Source of the DNA: Balanoglossus misakiensis
Lineage: Eukaryota; Animalia; Hemichordata
Length of the DNA stretch: 64,000 nt
Assembly: GCA_040954595.2 (NCBI GenBank)
Contig: CM082594.2
Span: forward strand, 5,441,319 to 5,505,318
Direction: 5' to 3'
The position numbers were made by a program, and so were the translations under genes. Positions 25,624-45,672 of this stretch are shown piece by piece (position 1 is the first letter of the stretch; each line of letters opens with the position of its first letter). The notes beneath the pieces are model-generated. The model was not told where the DNA came from. It searched no databases and saw nothing but the letters and a program-made list of their open reading frames with translations.

Positions 25624-27549
25624 ATGCCAGAACTTCTGCAGAGCTGTGAAGAACTTTTTGGGACAAGAAATCTGTATGAGGTCCTTGGAGTGAAGAAAGA
25701 ATCCAACGCAAATGAAGGTAACAATATCATAACACTGAGTGACATTCTATTTCAGAGGTGAAATTGATCGAAATAGTTCAAAACTTTTTATCGAAAAGAC
25801 TAGAAAGGCAATCAGTAGCTGAAATTTTAGATACGTCTAACTTTATCAATTTTCCTGGCCCATGACTCCTTCGCACATCTCTGACTTCAGATGAGGTTGG
25901 CATTTACACAATTGCAATGAACATGAATGAAGTACGATACACCATTTCCGGTATTAAACAGTGAGATATCAGTCAATATTAGAAAATCACTTCCCAGTTC
26001 ACGAGAAAATGCTGTAATGATTGAGTGGTTGACTAAATGGGTTACCCTGTTCCAGTGTTCAGTTTTCAATGATCTTCTGCAGCAGTATCAATAATCAAGA
26101 CTATGTTCTTTCTTTTTTACAGTGAAACGAGGATATCACCGAGTCTCATTGAAAGTGCACCCAGACCGAGTCAGTATAACAGAGAAAGAATCTGCCACTG
26201 AAAAATTTCAAATATTGGGACGTGTGTACACCATTCTGTCGGACACAAGCAAACGAGCACTGTATGATGAATCAGGTAAAAGAAATTTGTCAACAAGAAA
26301 TTTTGTGTGGCATTTTAACTAAAGGTGTGGCTACTGGTTGCCAGTGTATGTTGTTTATTGTTTTTACGATTCTGATTCTATGCTCCTTTTTGCACAGGTG
26401 AAGTTGACGACGAACTTGACATCGACCAAGATCGTGACTGGGGCGAGTACTGGAGAATTCTTTATCAGAAAGTGTCGGTTAGAGACATCAAGGAGTTTGA
26501 AGAGAAATACAAAGGTAAAGAAATTCATGCAAGTGGGCAGGCCATCTGGGTTTCTTTTTGCTGTTTATTGTTTCCTGCTGAAAGATGCATTCTGATTGGA
26601 TACTGGATTGGCAGTTTGGCTCAACAAATTGGAGAAAAGCTAACAGAAAACAAGGTCTTAATCTACATCTTGATGGAAAATTCATGAGCTTTGAGATTAT
26701 TATTTTGACAAATAAACTTTGTTTCTCATCTTGTAACTCATTTTACAGGTTCTGATGAAGAACTGAAAGATCTGAAAGAGGTTTACATGGAATCTGAAGG
26801 GGACATGGATGTCATTATGGATAATATTCTGTGTTCAACCCAGGAAGATGAACCCCGATTTCGTAAAATCTTGAAACACTGCATCAAGACCAAACAGCTT
26901 CCAGCTTTCGATGCGTTCACGAAGGAAAGCAAAAGCAAACAGAAAGCAAGAAAGAAACAGGCAAGTTTAGGGACGGTTCTGTCTTTGCATAATACATTGT
27001 AATACTTGATAGCTTCAGACAGGCTGTTTGATAAACAAGTCATTATTCAGATACCAGACCTGAAGTTATTAGTTTCCAGGCCAAGGCATGACTGACGCAT
27101 TTTTAGATGATGGTCATAATTTTAAGAGTTTCCATCCAAACAGAAAATGCTATCAAATTCCAATTTTTTTTCCAATGTAGAAAAATAATTGTTTGAATGA
27201 TGTTTGTCCTTTCCAAATCTACCTTGCCACTCCCAGCATTTATATGTACGTGACATTGCCAGTCTATAGACATTGCCAGATTTTCTAAATTCAGTCTACA
27301 TGTCTTTGAAACCTGTTCCAGGCCGACAAAGAAGCAGCTGAAGCCGAAGAGATGAAGAAAGAACTTGGAATCGGCGATATCGGTGACCAGGATAGTCTAA
27401 CCGCTCTGATTAAAAAGAAACAACAGTCCAGACAACAGCAAGCGGACGACTTCTTTGCAAACCTGGAAGCAAAGTACGCACAGCCATCGAAAGCGAAGAA
27501 GAGCAAAAGTAACGGAACAGCGGGGAAGAAATCTCAAAAAAAGAAATGA
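25624..27549 (+). CDS. DNAJC9: DnaJ homolog subfamily C member 9 (histone co-chaperone), 5 exons
   Basis: Exons 25624-25717, 26123-26275, 26398-26514, 26749-26960, 27322-27549. J-domain (NLYEVLGV...SLKVHPDRV...[17 protein letters not shown]), [24 protein letters not shown]-terminal FFANLEAKY. Intron 4 has a GC donor. Confidence 0.93.
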
Positions 27550-28280
27550 TATTTAAGTGAAAAATAGCATATGTTTACTTTATTTTATACTTTGTCATTT
27601 ACCACAAGAAGGTGAGACACACTAGCCAGATGTCTGAACCTTGTGCAAGAACATTTTCCAAACTTGTACACTTATTATCTGTATTTCGATAAAGGTAATA
27701 AATTATGCATTTCAAATGCATTTTGGATATTATTGTTTTCAACAGTGTCATTGTATGATCACACAAAGGAACGCCTTTAGAAACATTGAAATATAACATA
27801 ACATAAATTAAAGCATAAAATGTAGATTTTCGACATTTTGTACAACTTTTCAATTTCGTTCGGGCATCACAAAACCAACACCGGGTGGCGCTCCAACGCC
27901 GGATAAGTTGCACAACAACAGCCAAAAGTACGGCCTTTGACTTGGGGGACGTCCTAGAGAAATTCGTTCATCCATGGTGAGATAGAGACGTAAAACACGA
28001 ACACGTAGCAATTCCTCTTCCTGCGGAGATGTATATCTAGCAACGTCGTTTAGGTTGTAGGAGTATACCAAACAAAATGTTAAGTTTTGTTTTACTTTTA
28101 GTTAAAAAGTTTCAACATGAGTACGTATTTTTCTCTGTATTGTTTTGAACATGAGAAACCTCTTTAATCATGTGTTCTCCCATTTACTAACTTAACCTTT
28201 TCAAGGATTTAGTTACAAATAGTTCAGTTTGGTTATTTGTTTCTATTTATCGCTAACCGCCGGGAAAGATCCACGTGCGC

Positions 28281-29731
28281 ATTACCGCCATCTTGAAAAC
28301 CGCATTGCATTGTGGGACGACTGGGGGGGAGTACCTGAAGACCCATAGCATTGTAATGTAGACATCTACCGAGACACTCTATTCCTCCAAACGTTTTTTT
28401 TCCCGACAAACTCTCAGATTTCAGTTCTAATAGCCGTCTTCTGTTCTGAAAAGTATTATTATCATCGTCGAGCCGTTCCAAAAGATTTTTGAGGATCCAA
28501 CAATAGCGGGTGTTGCCATTATTCATTGGTATTAAGTGCTGTTGCTATGTGTTTGACAAATTCGTTTCTGAATACGTCCAAGTAGAATTTTCGTGACACA
28601 ATTACAATAACTGTAAAATAACTAAAAATAACAAACTTTATGTTATTTAAAAGTATGACCAGAAGCTGATGCTGATTACTTGGCTCAGATTACAGATGAA
28701 CATGCCACGCCCCCTTTTCAAAAAAAATGTCCAAACCGCTCTGAAACATGCACAAAAATGAAAAGAATTTTTTGCATTAAATTTTGATTAGCAAGAAGTT
28801 TCTCTTTCAAATCTGTTTTTTTTTTGTTTTGTTATGTAAACCAGTAAGTGAATGTGGAGATGGAAGAAAAAAAGCGTGAACGGCTTCATTATAATGCAAG
28901 CCAAGCTGTCACAGTGAAAATTAAGGCCAGCCATATAAGCGTCCTTTCAAAGACTAATTTCACTAAGTCTTATTAGACGAAAATAAAACAAATTAGACCA
29001 AAAAACGATTGCAATGATCTCCATTATGTGTTGAAATTCTACGTCGGTGTCACGAAAATCTTGAAAGGACGCTTTCATGGCTGGCCTTACTATTATCACA
29101 GCTTGGCTTGCATTATAATGAAGCCGTTCACGCTTTTTTTCTTCCATCTCCACATTCACTTACTGGTTTACATAACAAAACAATAAAAAACAGATTTGAA
29201 AGAAAAACTTCTTGCTAATCAAAAGTTAATGCAAAAAATTCTTTTCATTTTTGTGCATGTTTCAGAGCGGTTTGGACAGGGTTTTTTTAAAAGGGGGCGT
29301 GGCATGTTCATCTGTAATCCGAGCCAAGTAATCAGCATCAGCTTCTGGTCATACTTTATGGAAAGTTTGTTATTTTTAGTTATTTTACAGTTATTGTAAG
29401 TGTGTCACGAAAATTCTACTTGAACGTATTCAGAAACGAATTTGTCAAACACATAGCAACAGCACTTAATACCAATGAATAATGGCAACACCCGCTATTG
29501 TTGGATCCTCAAAAATCTTCTGGAACGGCTCGACGATAATAATAATACTTTTCAGAACAGAAGACGGCTATTGGAAACGAAACCTGACCTTGCAATGAGA
29601 GTTTGTCGGAAAAAAAACGTTTGGAGGAATAGAGTGTCTCGGTAGATGTCTACATTACAATGCTATGGGTCTTCAGGTACTCCCCCCCAGTCGTCCCACA
29701 ATGCAATGCGGTTTTCAAGATGGCGGTTAAT
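28281..29731. repeat. Long inverted repeat / palindrome, ~660-bp arms with ~110-bp spacer
   Basis: 28284-~28950 is the reverse complement of ~29061-29727, with scattered substitutions and a few indels. Example: accgccatcttgaaaaccgcattgcattgtggga at the left end versus tcccacaatgcaatgcggttttcaagatggcggt at the right end. Confidence 0.97.
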
Positions 29732-32700
29732 ACAGTTTTGCCCTATATGTAGAAACGTGTTACATATGTTGCATGCTAATTTATTGTGTATTATGGAAAC
29801 GCTTGACGTCAACGTAGCTACCGTCTAAAAATAACGACCAATTGTATACAGGCTTACAAGTGTTCATGGCTGCACAGCTGATTTGCTCTTATGCTAATGA
29901 TCAACAAATTTATTTCTAAAATCTCTTTGCAAGTCCAATTTAAAATGGAAAATGATCTTGAAATTAAGAGATTAAACAAGATAACAGAATATATACGGAT
30001 ACGTTCATTCATTTGTTTTGGTTTTTAATTTATTATTGTGGGAAATATTAACTAGAGCCTCCGGCGGGAGTATCACCGGAACAGCCAGTTCACATAGTGA
30101 AAATGCTGCCCGATCGTGATGGAGCTCCATCATGAAGGGAGAAGAAAACCTCCAAAAAATCGCTATCCTCAGTTTACAAAATCTATACGGAGACGAACGG
30201 ATGGACAGGTTAGTTATCTTTACAAGATTTTTCACCTTTTCTGGCCATGTAACGACGTTTGATGGAGAATTCCGGAAAAAATATAGACCGTACGACACTA
30301 TACGTTCGTTCAGTGGCTGTGTGTACAGTCAGTGCGATCAATGCAAACCTGCGGGTCGGTTGGTGGTCGTCTGCATCGTTTGACCAAAAATCTTCAGCGC
30401 GGTACTCCTCTGTGGCATTTGTACCATATTTTACGAGTGATCTGCACTGATATACTCAATGTGTATCAATACACTAGCAGATTGTGTCAGGTTTTTGACA
30501 TTTTTGAAAATTTGTCAATGCACGAAGCTCCCCCGTGCCCACTGTTGTCGCACTGAACATATGATCGAGATTTTTAAATGGCGGCTTCATCGAAGGGGCA
30601 ACAAAAAGGTGAATTTCTGAAAAGGCAGGGAATTCTTGTATGAAAAAGTGTCATTATCGACATACATTCGAGGTAAATTGCGATCTGAATGATCTGTTGC
30701 TATATTTCAGGATGAAAATTAACATTTTCTTCCTACATTATCGTCTGCTATGAAGCCATAGGCACCTGGTAGTTTGGGGACCACATACACCGAATGAGCA
30801 TTTTGAGTCTTCGCCTCTTAAACTGTCGAATGATTTAACAAAAAATAAGTTCATATCTGTCAGAAAAATATTCATCTTACACATGTTGACACAACTTCTA
30901 ACGCGAAGTAAGTGTTCTTAACTGTGGCTGTCATTGTCAAGCCCAAACTGTCAAAGAAGCTACTATCAGCTGGCGAAATTACTGTCAGTGTCGCAGGTAT
31001 GATCGATGATCATACAACGATGCAGTGCTCGTGTGCTTGCTCCGCTGTTCTTGTAGACGTTGTCATCACTAATTTTAATATAATTATAATGACTCCTGAC
31101 GATTTTCCCCAAATCATACAAATTCATTATTCCCATAGCATAGGCGAATACCTTCGCCAATTTTGTTCAGTTTCGCGAAACAGTTGCGGAAGGCCTACGG
31201 TCACCCTCGCCTGTATCCAAGCAAACGCTTGTATAATATTTTCCCTCCCAGGTCAATCCGCAAATTTTCTCGCGACAGCTGTGTTCCAGCGATGGTTCCT
31301 GTCTGGTTTATCTTGCCCGAGATCCGCCCGCTCTCGACATTTTCCATCATGGAGTCTTTCAGTCCGCCGCGTTTCAGATGACAGGTCGCAGCATGTTGCA
31401 CATAGCACACTCGTCGGACGTATAGATTAGTACAGTCAATAACAGATAAATTCCCAAGTTTCCAAACGCGTTGCAGCTGCCATGGTTACTAACCAAGCAA
31501 ATCTAAATTAGCTAATTTTTTTGCAGTGGGAATAAATCATGCAGCACGCATGTTTGTGATTGTTATGTACTGACAATAAAGTGACAAATCTCTTGCAATG
31601 AATGAATATTACAGGTAGTACTGGGTAATGCAGTTTGTTGGGTCTCTTTCATTTCATTTTAATGTATGGGAGTGACCTGCCTGTGAAAATACAAGGTGAT
31701 TGTGCATTTGGCCTGAGGCCAGCATGGGTTAGAACACATTGGATTCAACATTTCTAATAATCAATCACTTAAATTTATATCATAGGAATTTTTGCCATAC
31801 TTTACAAATGTAAATTTTTGGGATTTAATCCCAGACTGATGATAGGTCATTTGTTTATGCTGGTAAAGTCATATTTTACAGTACTGTTGCGGCAATCATG
31901 TAAGCCCCATGCTGCTGAACTGAACAATTCAGGTCAGAAATGAAAAAGGAATAATGTAATTTTAACGTTTTTGGTATCTTAGAACATAAATTGTCTCTTT
32001 GAAATGCATTTAAAATGAGGGAAACTGAGCCCCTAGTTTTTGTAGCAGTAAACTATTACTATGACGTGTAATTTTGTTATGTCATGTATAATTGTAAAAG
32101 ATATCAATAATATTTCAAATGAATAGTGGGAAGTGTTAAGAGGGAAAATGTCAGTCTGAATCCTGGCTGTCTTTGTGTGAAATTTGGTGAAAGGGCTCTA
32201 AAGCTTTTTGTTTGTATGATTACCAATTAAAAACAGTGTGTATGGTATGCTAATAAGGACTTTGAATGGGCACGCCACCATGGGTGACCTGTTGTCAATT
32301 CGGGAGGGTCACATGTGTGGATGGACAAATAACCCAACATGTTTCAGACATGTCAAGACAAAAACATCTTGCCACCGTTGGCAACATATTTCAGTTAGAG
32401 ATTTGGCGGACATGTCAAAGGTGGTCAGTTAGTGGTGTCGTGGTACAGGAGCAAGTGATAATATTGTAGAATCATGATATACAAGTATCGTACTTCTGTC
32501 AAGGTAGGTGATTTGATTGAAGTAGTGACATAGATACAATCAGACAAGTGCAGAAGTGAGTTTGTGTAGTTTTAGTGTGTACACAAGTTACAAGGTTTAG
32601 TGTCGGTTCGTCATACTGCTGGATTTCATGCCAGTTGTAGTGTTTTCGTAGCAGTACCAATGAGTAGGCTCTGTTGGGAACTGCTAAACTTGTGCATACC

Positions 32701-33803
32701 TGTAGTTTTTTAAAGCGCATTTTGGTCAGTGTGGTGGCAGGTACTATGAGTGAAGACATTCTTACCCTGCATTGACCTCCCTTGCGAGAATTATTCATTA
32801 CGATCAGTTTAAAGACAAGTTCGTGCTATGTTACTGACCGTGACCCTTCCCCGTAGTATTTTGACATAGGGTTTTTGTTCTCGGTCTGTAGTGATTCATT
32901 CATACATAACAACAGTAACCATGTTGCATGTTATTACATGATGAAATTTGACATTTTATTGCATTGTTGTCATCAAATTGTGTGGAAGCCACAAAATAAA
33001 TGTACAGTATTCTCATGTTTATTCTCACATTTAACCACCTGTTGATCGAAACGTCATCGGTTGAAATACCACTACCACTAGTATTCATATACGCCCAGAG
33101 AATGAACCTTGTTTATCATAATGTACACACCCTTTTCCTGCTAGTACATGTAGATTTGAATGATTTTCTTTGGTGCCAGTTTTTTAATATGTCACATTTT
33201 TTAAGATGTGACTTGTATAGTTGATGAAAATAGGTTACATAGGAAATGCTGGCACTCTTTGCCACTTGTGACTTACACATAATGACAGGTTACGGCTCAG
33301 CAGGAAAAGTGGTATAGCACTGACTGTAAATGGAGATACAGTAATTAAAATCTGTCTGGTGACTTCAGGAATTTAGTTCAGCTGAGTCACAACCTTACAT
33401 GTGAAGTCAATATGTGTTATACAAACAATTGACAGTTATTTTTACACAGCAACACCCTCAACCTTTTTGTCAAATTTATACTCCAAGAGGCAAATAATTT
33501 GGCATAACAGTGATTTTGTTTATAACGTCAATTTGAAATGAAGAGAATTGAAACATATGTACTTCAACCAAAGTCAATTACTTGGTAGAGTACATTTCAC
33601 AGATGGCCGATTTTCTAATAAACATATTCTAAATGGTATTTTGACAGTTAGTATGTTATTGCATGGTGATTGTACCTTCCATTACTGGGGTACTGGCAAC
33701 ACAAATTAGGCCATACTACTTTTTGGCTGAAACTGTGACTGTCATTCAATAATGTAGTTTATTTATCATTTACATACTTGTTATTACTCTTCCATTTGAA
33801 CAG

Positions 33804-39642
<5,839 letters not shown>

Positions 39643-42600
39643 GAAGTGAAAGCAGTTTATAAAGTTGATGTTCTAATATATCTTTACTCATTTTTCATCA
39701 AATGCCATTAGCATTCCACTTCAGTTCATTCAGTCAACTGTGGCATTTTTTCAATATATTACGATGGCTAAGAGATTTTTTCAACTGTATGTTGGCAACT
39801 ATACTTACCTGGACAGTAGCGGTTTTCACATTTTCTAGCTACGTAGTCTGTTTAGGGTTAATTATGTACAGGGTATTTTAATACTCAACATTGTCTACTT
39901 CCAGTATTTCAACTTGAAAGTGAGAGATGAATTTATAGAAAGAGAAAATTATAAAATAATTGTGAATGCAAGTGTATACACACAAGATAAATAGAGTACT
40001 TAACAGATAGTAAAAACTGTTTTATGTTGTTATAAACCATTCCATATGTCTGTATTTACTGGAGGAATACAGCATAGTAGTCACTGGAGCTTTACTTAGC
40101 TGTGAGTACATAGAGATAGATTGGATTTTTCTGATAGTTGATATTTAGTAATTTTTACCACTTTTGAGTGGTTTGCCAAGGAACTTACCTCAAGTAGAGT
40201 TAAATTCTTCAACCTAATATGTTGTAATGAAATTTTTGTCAAAATTGCGTGCCAGGCAGCCCTTAACTTATAATCACAGCGTTGACAGGTTAAAAAAGGT
40301 AAAGGAAACATATGATGGTTAAAAGTTTCAAAAATAAAATTAATGCAGCAGCTGTGGATATATTTAAATTCAGACACCAGTCGTCAATATTACAAAAAGT
40401 AGGTCAGAAACTCTGGTCCAGTGCTTTTTCTTAATTAAATTAAACATGAACAAGCTGATCACCTTGATAATGATAATGCACAACTAGATGAATGGAGCAA
40501 ACTTCCTAAAGATGTCATTTTTGATTGCATATCAGGGACAATATGAGTACATAGTACGTAAAAACTCCAAACACCTTTTAACTCCTGAGTTCTTGTAGAG
40601 GTTTCTTTCTCCACTGCTACTTGAGTTTTCTCCTTAGTGTGAGCAATAACTTCTTGGTTTGAGTTCCGTCACTTTTGTTCAAAACTTTATTTTCAATTGC
40701 ATTGAAATAGAAGTGGAGCTAGGTAAAGTTTGTTCCTTTTGAGGGATTTGTTTTTTGTAGACTTATTTATCATTGAGTAAGTGCTTTGTCTTTTAAAAAG
40801 AGTGCTGAGACTTAATGAAAATGCACTTTGTGTGTGCCATACTCAGAGAGATTATTTATGAATTGTCAAGTTTGACACTTTAGTGCTTATATTTGACTAA
40901 CAGATTTATGCATTGCATTATTTTGAACATTTTTACTAATATTTTTGAACAGGGGGATTCAACACCGATGGCTTTGTATTTGTACAAATTGGTCTGGTTT
41001 CTTAGCTTTTAAATAGGTGTGAAGATGACTATTTTCTCTTTAGTGTAAACTTTGATAGCTCTAACATGAGAACTTGAACGATTCAAGCAATTTGGACTCA
41101 CACAGGGATATATTTTCCATTCTTTTTTAGTGTTTTATTATGATAGCACTTTATATCTTTCTAATGCGTTTTTCGAAGTGTTTGTACATTTAGGTGCTTC
41201 AAGCTTGCCTTTAGCCAAACTATAAACCATTGAAACCGAATGCAGCACATTCGTACAATAATAAACTATATGCAGACTTTTATATTTCTATAAACACTCG
41301 GCAGCTTTAGAACAAGGTTTTCAGAAATCATGTTTCATCCAGTTCGCTTTAAAAGAAGAAAAGCATGTTTTTTTCTCAAGATTTTTAGTGTTTCACTTTT
41401 TCAAACTTTTGAATGAGTGTTTTATTACTTAGTTAGTGAAAATTCATCTGTCCTAGACTGAGGTAGACTTTAATGTAATTGGTTGTGGTTTCAGCCGTGA
41501 AAGAATATAATGTTATGAAACTGCACCTTTAGTCAAATTATAATTTAGGTTGTGTTGTTAATGTTTGCACTGTGGGATAAGCCACGTGGATGTGAACATT
41601 GTAGAGGTAAATTGCCACTGTTTAGTATTGAAAGATGGAACGCCAACCATGACATACAATGATGAGCTGGGAAAAAAATGGCTCATGAACACACTGATGT
41701 CCATACCCCATTTACTTTTACTCAGTACTTTCCTCACACTTAAGTCTAAGGAACAAAACGCACATTTTTTGAGCTATGAAATCACCCTTGCTTTAACAGT
41801 TTTGATTCCTTGCTAGCATCCTGAGTCATGTTAGAATTTGTGTTTTATTTAGGACAAGTTTGTATTTTTTTGTTTAAATTAACAATATTATTCTGTTTAA
41901 AAACAATTGAGTGTACTATTAGCTTTCATGGGGTATGGGCATCCAAGAAATTACTGCTGAAATGTGAATTAACGGAAACAGGTCATTCCGTGCCAGTTTA
42001 TTGAAGTTTTCCCGTTTGGCATTAGCCCATACAGAATGTTTTCTTTGGTTTTATATTTGTGACAGAGACAAATGTCTGTAGTTAGTTCTGTCAGAGCAAT
42101 AGTTGTATTCATAATCAGATGCAAAGAATTTTATCTTGGATGTAGAAACCATCCAATTTTAGCATTGACGTTGAAAAAATATAGTCCGAGTTTTTGTCAG
42201 TAGTATTTTGAAATAGTTGATAGTGACTGAAACGTATCAATCAAGTTTAATGATCTTGGTCAAACATAATAATCAGAGAATTCTGGCCAATGCACCGACT
42301 ACAAAAAAAGCTAAAAATATAATGGATAAGGTTGAACAATGCTCCATTTTTCTTTCGGTTCAATAACCCAATTTCATAAAAGATGCAAAATTAATTGAAC
42401 ATGTTTTCATAGATCTAACCACTCCATTGCTAAGTGTCAATCAAATACCATAGAGTGCTGAGCACTTTAGGGATACCACGATTTGATTCCAGCCAAAATT
42501 AGATTTGAAACTAAAACTTGGGTATAGCATATTGTACTGGGAATCAATTTTTTACACTGATTGCTTGAAATTTTATCACACTCTGTAATGTTATCATATT

Positions 42601-45579
42601 GGATTACAATGATTTACATGGACTTGTATTACACAGTACCAGTACACTGCAATACAAAATGTAGCCTTCATTTTTTAGCACAGGGATGCACACACATTCC
42701 ACATCGATGTAATAGTACACCTGCTTGTCGTTTTTACGATGACACTCACAATGTGTCATTTTTTTTAAATTCACACACTCCACGGGTGCTAAGCATGATA
42801 AAGCAACTTCATATCGTACAGACATACACACACTAGCATTCAGAAGCACTCCCAGACACGTGCACACAACTCAATCAGAAATACATAAAGAAAGACCAAG
42901 ATACAAACATTGATAATAATTTTGACAAGTAGTCGGTGCAAAATATTTTAATTCTACAATCAAAAAAATACTTGGAAGCAAGGAGAGAATGCAATGAACT
43001 AAGTTACTGTTGACATGCATGCCACTGTCAAAGAATTTTTAATCATTTATTCAATTATATTGTCAGTAACAATAGTAATCCTGAGAGGAGAGATTTCTAT
43101 TTATGTTGGAATATAATAGCAAGCTGTTTTCTTGTTACCAAGATATTGTGATTATCCATCAGTGCAGATTATTCATCTGCCCAAATATTTCTTGTTGCAT
43201 TTTAAAAGAATTATTCATTATTGTGGATTGGTTCTGTATCGAGCAAAGGTTTACTTCATATTGTTGTTTGCATTTCAATTCACCAGTCTTCTAGCTTTGT
43301 GTTTTTTAAAACTATTTATGTTAATTGAGAAGTGAATTCTATTAGTGTTAAATGATTTTAATATAATTACCATTTATATGGATGAGGTTGAATTGAATAT
43401 TTAAGATGCAAGGTTTTTTGCAATCAGATTTTGTCTTGTACTTATTCCAAATATTTAGAGTTTATTCTGAGATTTTAATGTTTTTATTGGTAGAGAGGTT
43501 AATTAGAGATGTTAATTATTCAGGGTTTTCAAAAGTTGCAATAGCAGATTAGGTAATGGCCCACCACAGACAAAAAATGTTTTGTCAAGATTTTCCTCAG
43601 AGTTATGACGCAAACATTGTACTCCAGTCATTTGCAAGCCAGTCACACTTGAAAGCAGACACCTGTTGAATCGAAGCAAGGTAAAATCCTTTTGAAACAG
43701 TGAAGAAAAAATGCAGCCATTAATTTTTGACCAAACCGTGACAGTCTTGATAAACTGCTGGAAAAATGCCAAAGAAGTGCTAAACCCTCTAGAGAAGTTT
43801 TTGCAATATGACCTTGCAAGTTTAATTATCCCCCAGTACGTACCGGTACAGTGTGTTTAGAGGATCTCTCGCTGCGGTGTTGCCCTTCCCTTTGATAATG
43901 CAGTCCTATGGCACTGCCAGTACATGTACAAAAGGGTAACACCGGGGTGTTTATTCCTTGAAGACACGCCATGATCACCTTGCAAATGACTTGTGTTTTT
44001 CCTCAGTGACACAGGTACTGTTATATTTACAACACAAGGGTGTGTGGTAGTACACAGGTAAATATTGATATTTGAACTTTGAACCAAGAACAGTTCCCTC
44101 TTTATTCAAGTGTCAACATCCATCAATCAAACATGCTGCAGTGAAAACATTGGAAGACCTCGTAGAGGTGTTAGACTGAAAATTCAGGGGTGGTCGCGGA
44201 GTGCCCTCACACGTAGTCCCTCTATTACATAGAGGGACTGTGGTACCTCACACGACTGAATATTCCAACGTGTTTACCATTGAATGACCACATATCCATC
44301 AGTCCAAGTTTGTGATTTCAAACGTGAAAAATTAGAACTATAGCAATCTTTAGTGACACAGCCTGTAAATGTTCAAATATCAATGCTTACTATATGCAGT
44401 AAGCAATCTCCATGATACACAAAGGATTTATTACATTGAAGAAAAAATTACTCCTTGACTATGCATTTTCATATGCTGCTTAAAATCTGTGCATCATGGA
44501 GATGTCTTACAATGTCAGTGGCATGAAAGCCGATTTTACAGTGTAAAATAGTTTGTACAGTGATGTGTAATTTGCAAGGGAAATACAGGTTTCCTGATGT
44601 AAAATGTGAGAATTAGACAGGCTAATATGGGTATTGTAAAGCCATGTGTAATGGGTATTAGAAGTATTCCTTCACTCGTTATCAAGTCCAAAACTTTTGA
44701 GAATGGGAAAAGATTTTTTTCCTCCACATTGTTGTACTGAAATATAAGTACATGTATATCGGTTCCCCTGGTTCCGGCATATCTGTGCAGTTGGTCACAT
44801 GGTAGTATAGTATAAAGAGAGAGAGATATTGAGTGTTATTCACTATGCATGGCTTTACATGGCTGATTTTCAGATGTGAACTTGGTGGGCCTTACAGACC
44901 AGTCTTTAAGTACTGAACTTGTGCTAGCTGAACTTTTTCAAAGACTTCGGTCCACTGCAGACACAATGGTAGTTTTAGTAGTAGTAGTGGTAGTAGACAA
45001 AAGAGCAGACAAATCATGACAAATTTTTCCAAGCGGGTCTTGTTACATTGATGATGGTATATATAACGTATCTCTGAATCAAACTGTTACCGGTGCCAGC
45101 CAGCCTTTGCCAGATGTGGATATGTGTCATTTTTCTGTCACATACATCTGTCATCATTCTACAAATGGGATCAATCTGTCTTAACCTCCACACTTTCAAA
45201 TCTGATCGACAGTATCAATTTGTTGTCTGAATTGAAAAAGAAAAACAACATAAGGTCTGAACATTTTGGTCCAGGACAAAAAAAACGTTACTCCCAGTGC
45301 AGATGAAATAATCAGAACTTGGTGCTGTACTTGAAAGGGTCAAATCATTTAGTACTAAGCTTCAATACTTTTCCAGTATCTATCTTCCATCCATTCTTGA
45401 CAAGCATCATCTCACCACACGTGGAAATGATGTCTCCTTCACGAAAAATTCCAACACAACATTTAACTATGCCAAACTTCACACCAATAATCAATTTACA
45501 AAGAATCAGATTTTCTAGTCTTTCTAAATTATGGTTGTTTCCTATACGCTGCTGCGAGGAGTTTGGGGATATTCATATC

Positions 45580-45672
45580 TTTACCCTTTCACCACCATGG
45601 TTTGATCCAAATCTATTGTTTTCTATGGTAAGGTTGAACCTCTACACAGGGAAATGGGGATGAAAGGGTTAA
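45580..45672. mobile_element. ~90-bp piggyBac-like MITE copy
   Basis: ttta-CCCTTTCACCACCATGGTTTGATCCAAA...GGGGATGAAAGGG-ttaa; terminal inverted repeats with a TTAA-like target site. Confidence 0.75.

Noticed and set aside
27599-27925. Minus-strand ORF with CWFC...CTKC, resembling a MYND finger
   Set aside because: The second half of the MYND Cys/His pattern is missing, the start is non-ATG, and it overlaps the DNAJC9 3'UTR.
27925-27970. U7 snRNA-like Sm site (AATTTCTCTAG, minus strand) downstream of the Staf-like motif
   Set aside because: No pyrimidine-rich 5' segment complementary to histone downstream elements, and only a weak 3' hairpin.
44215-44240. Short hairpin agtccctcta-ttaca-tagagggact
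   Set aside because: A 10-bp stem only; too small to assign a function, probably a repeat remnant.
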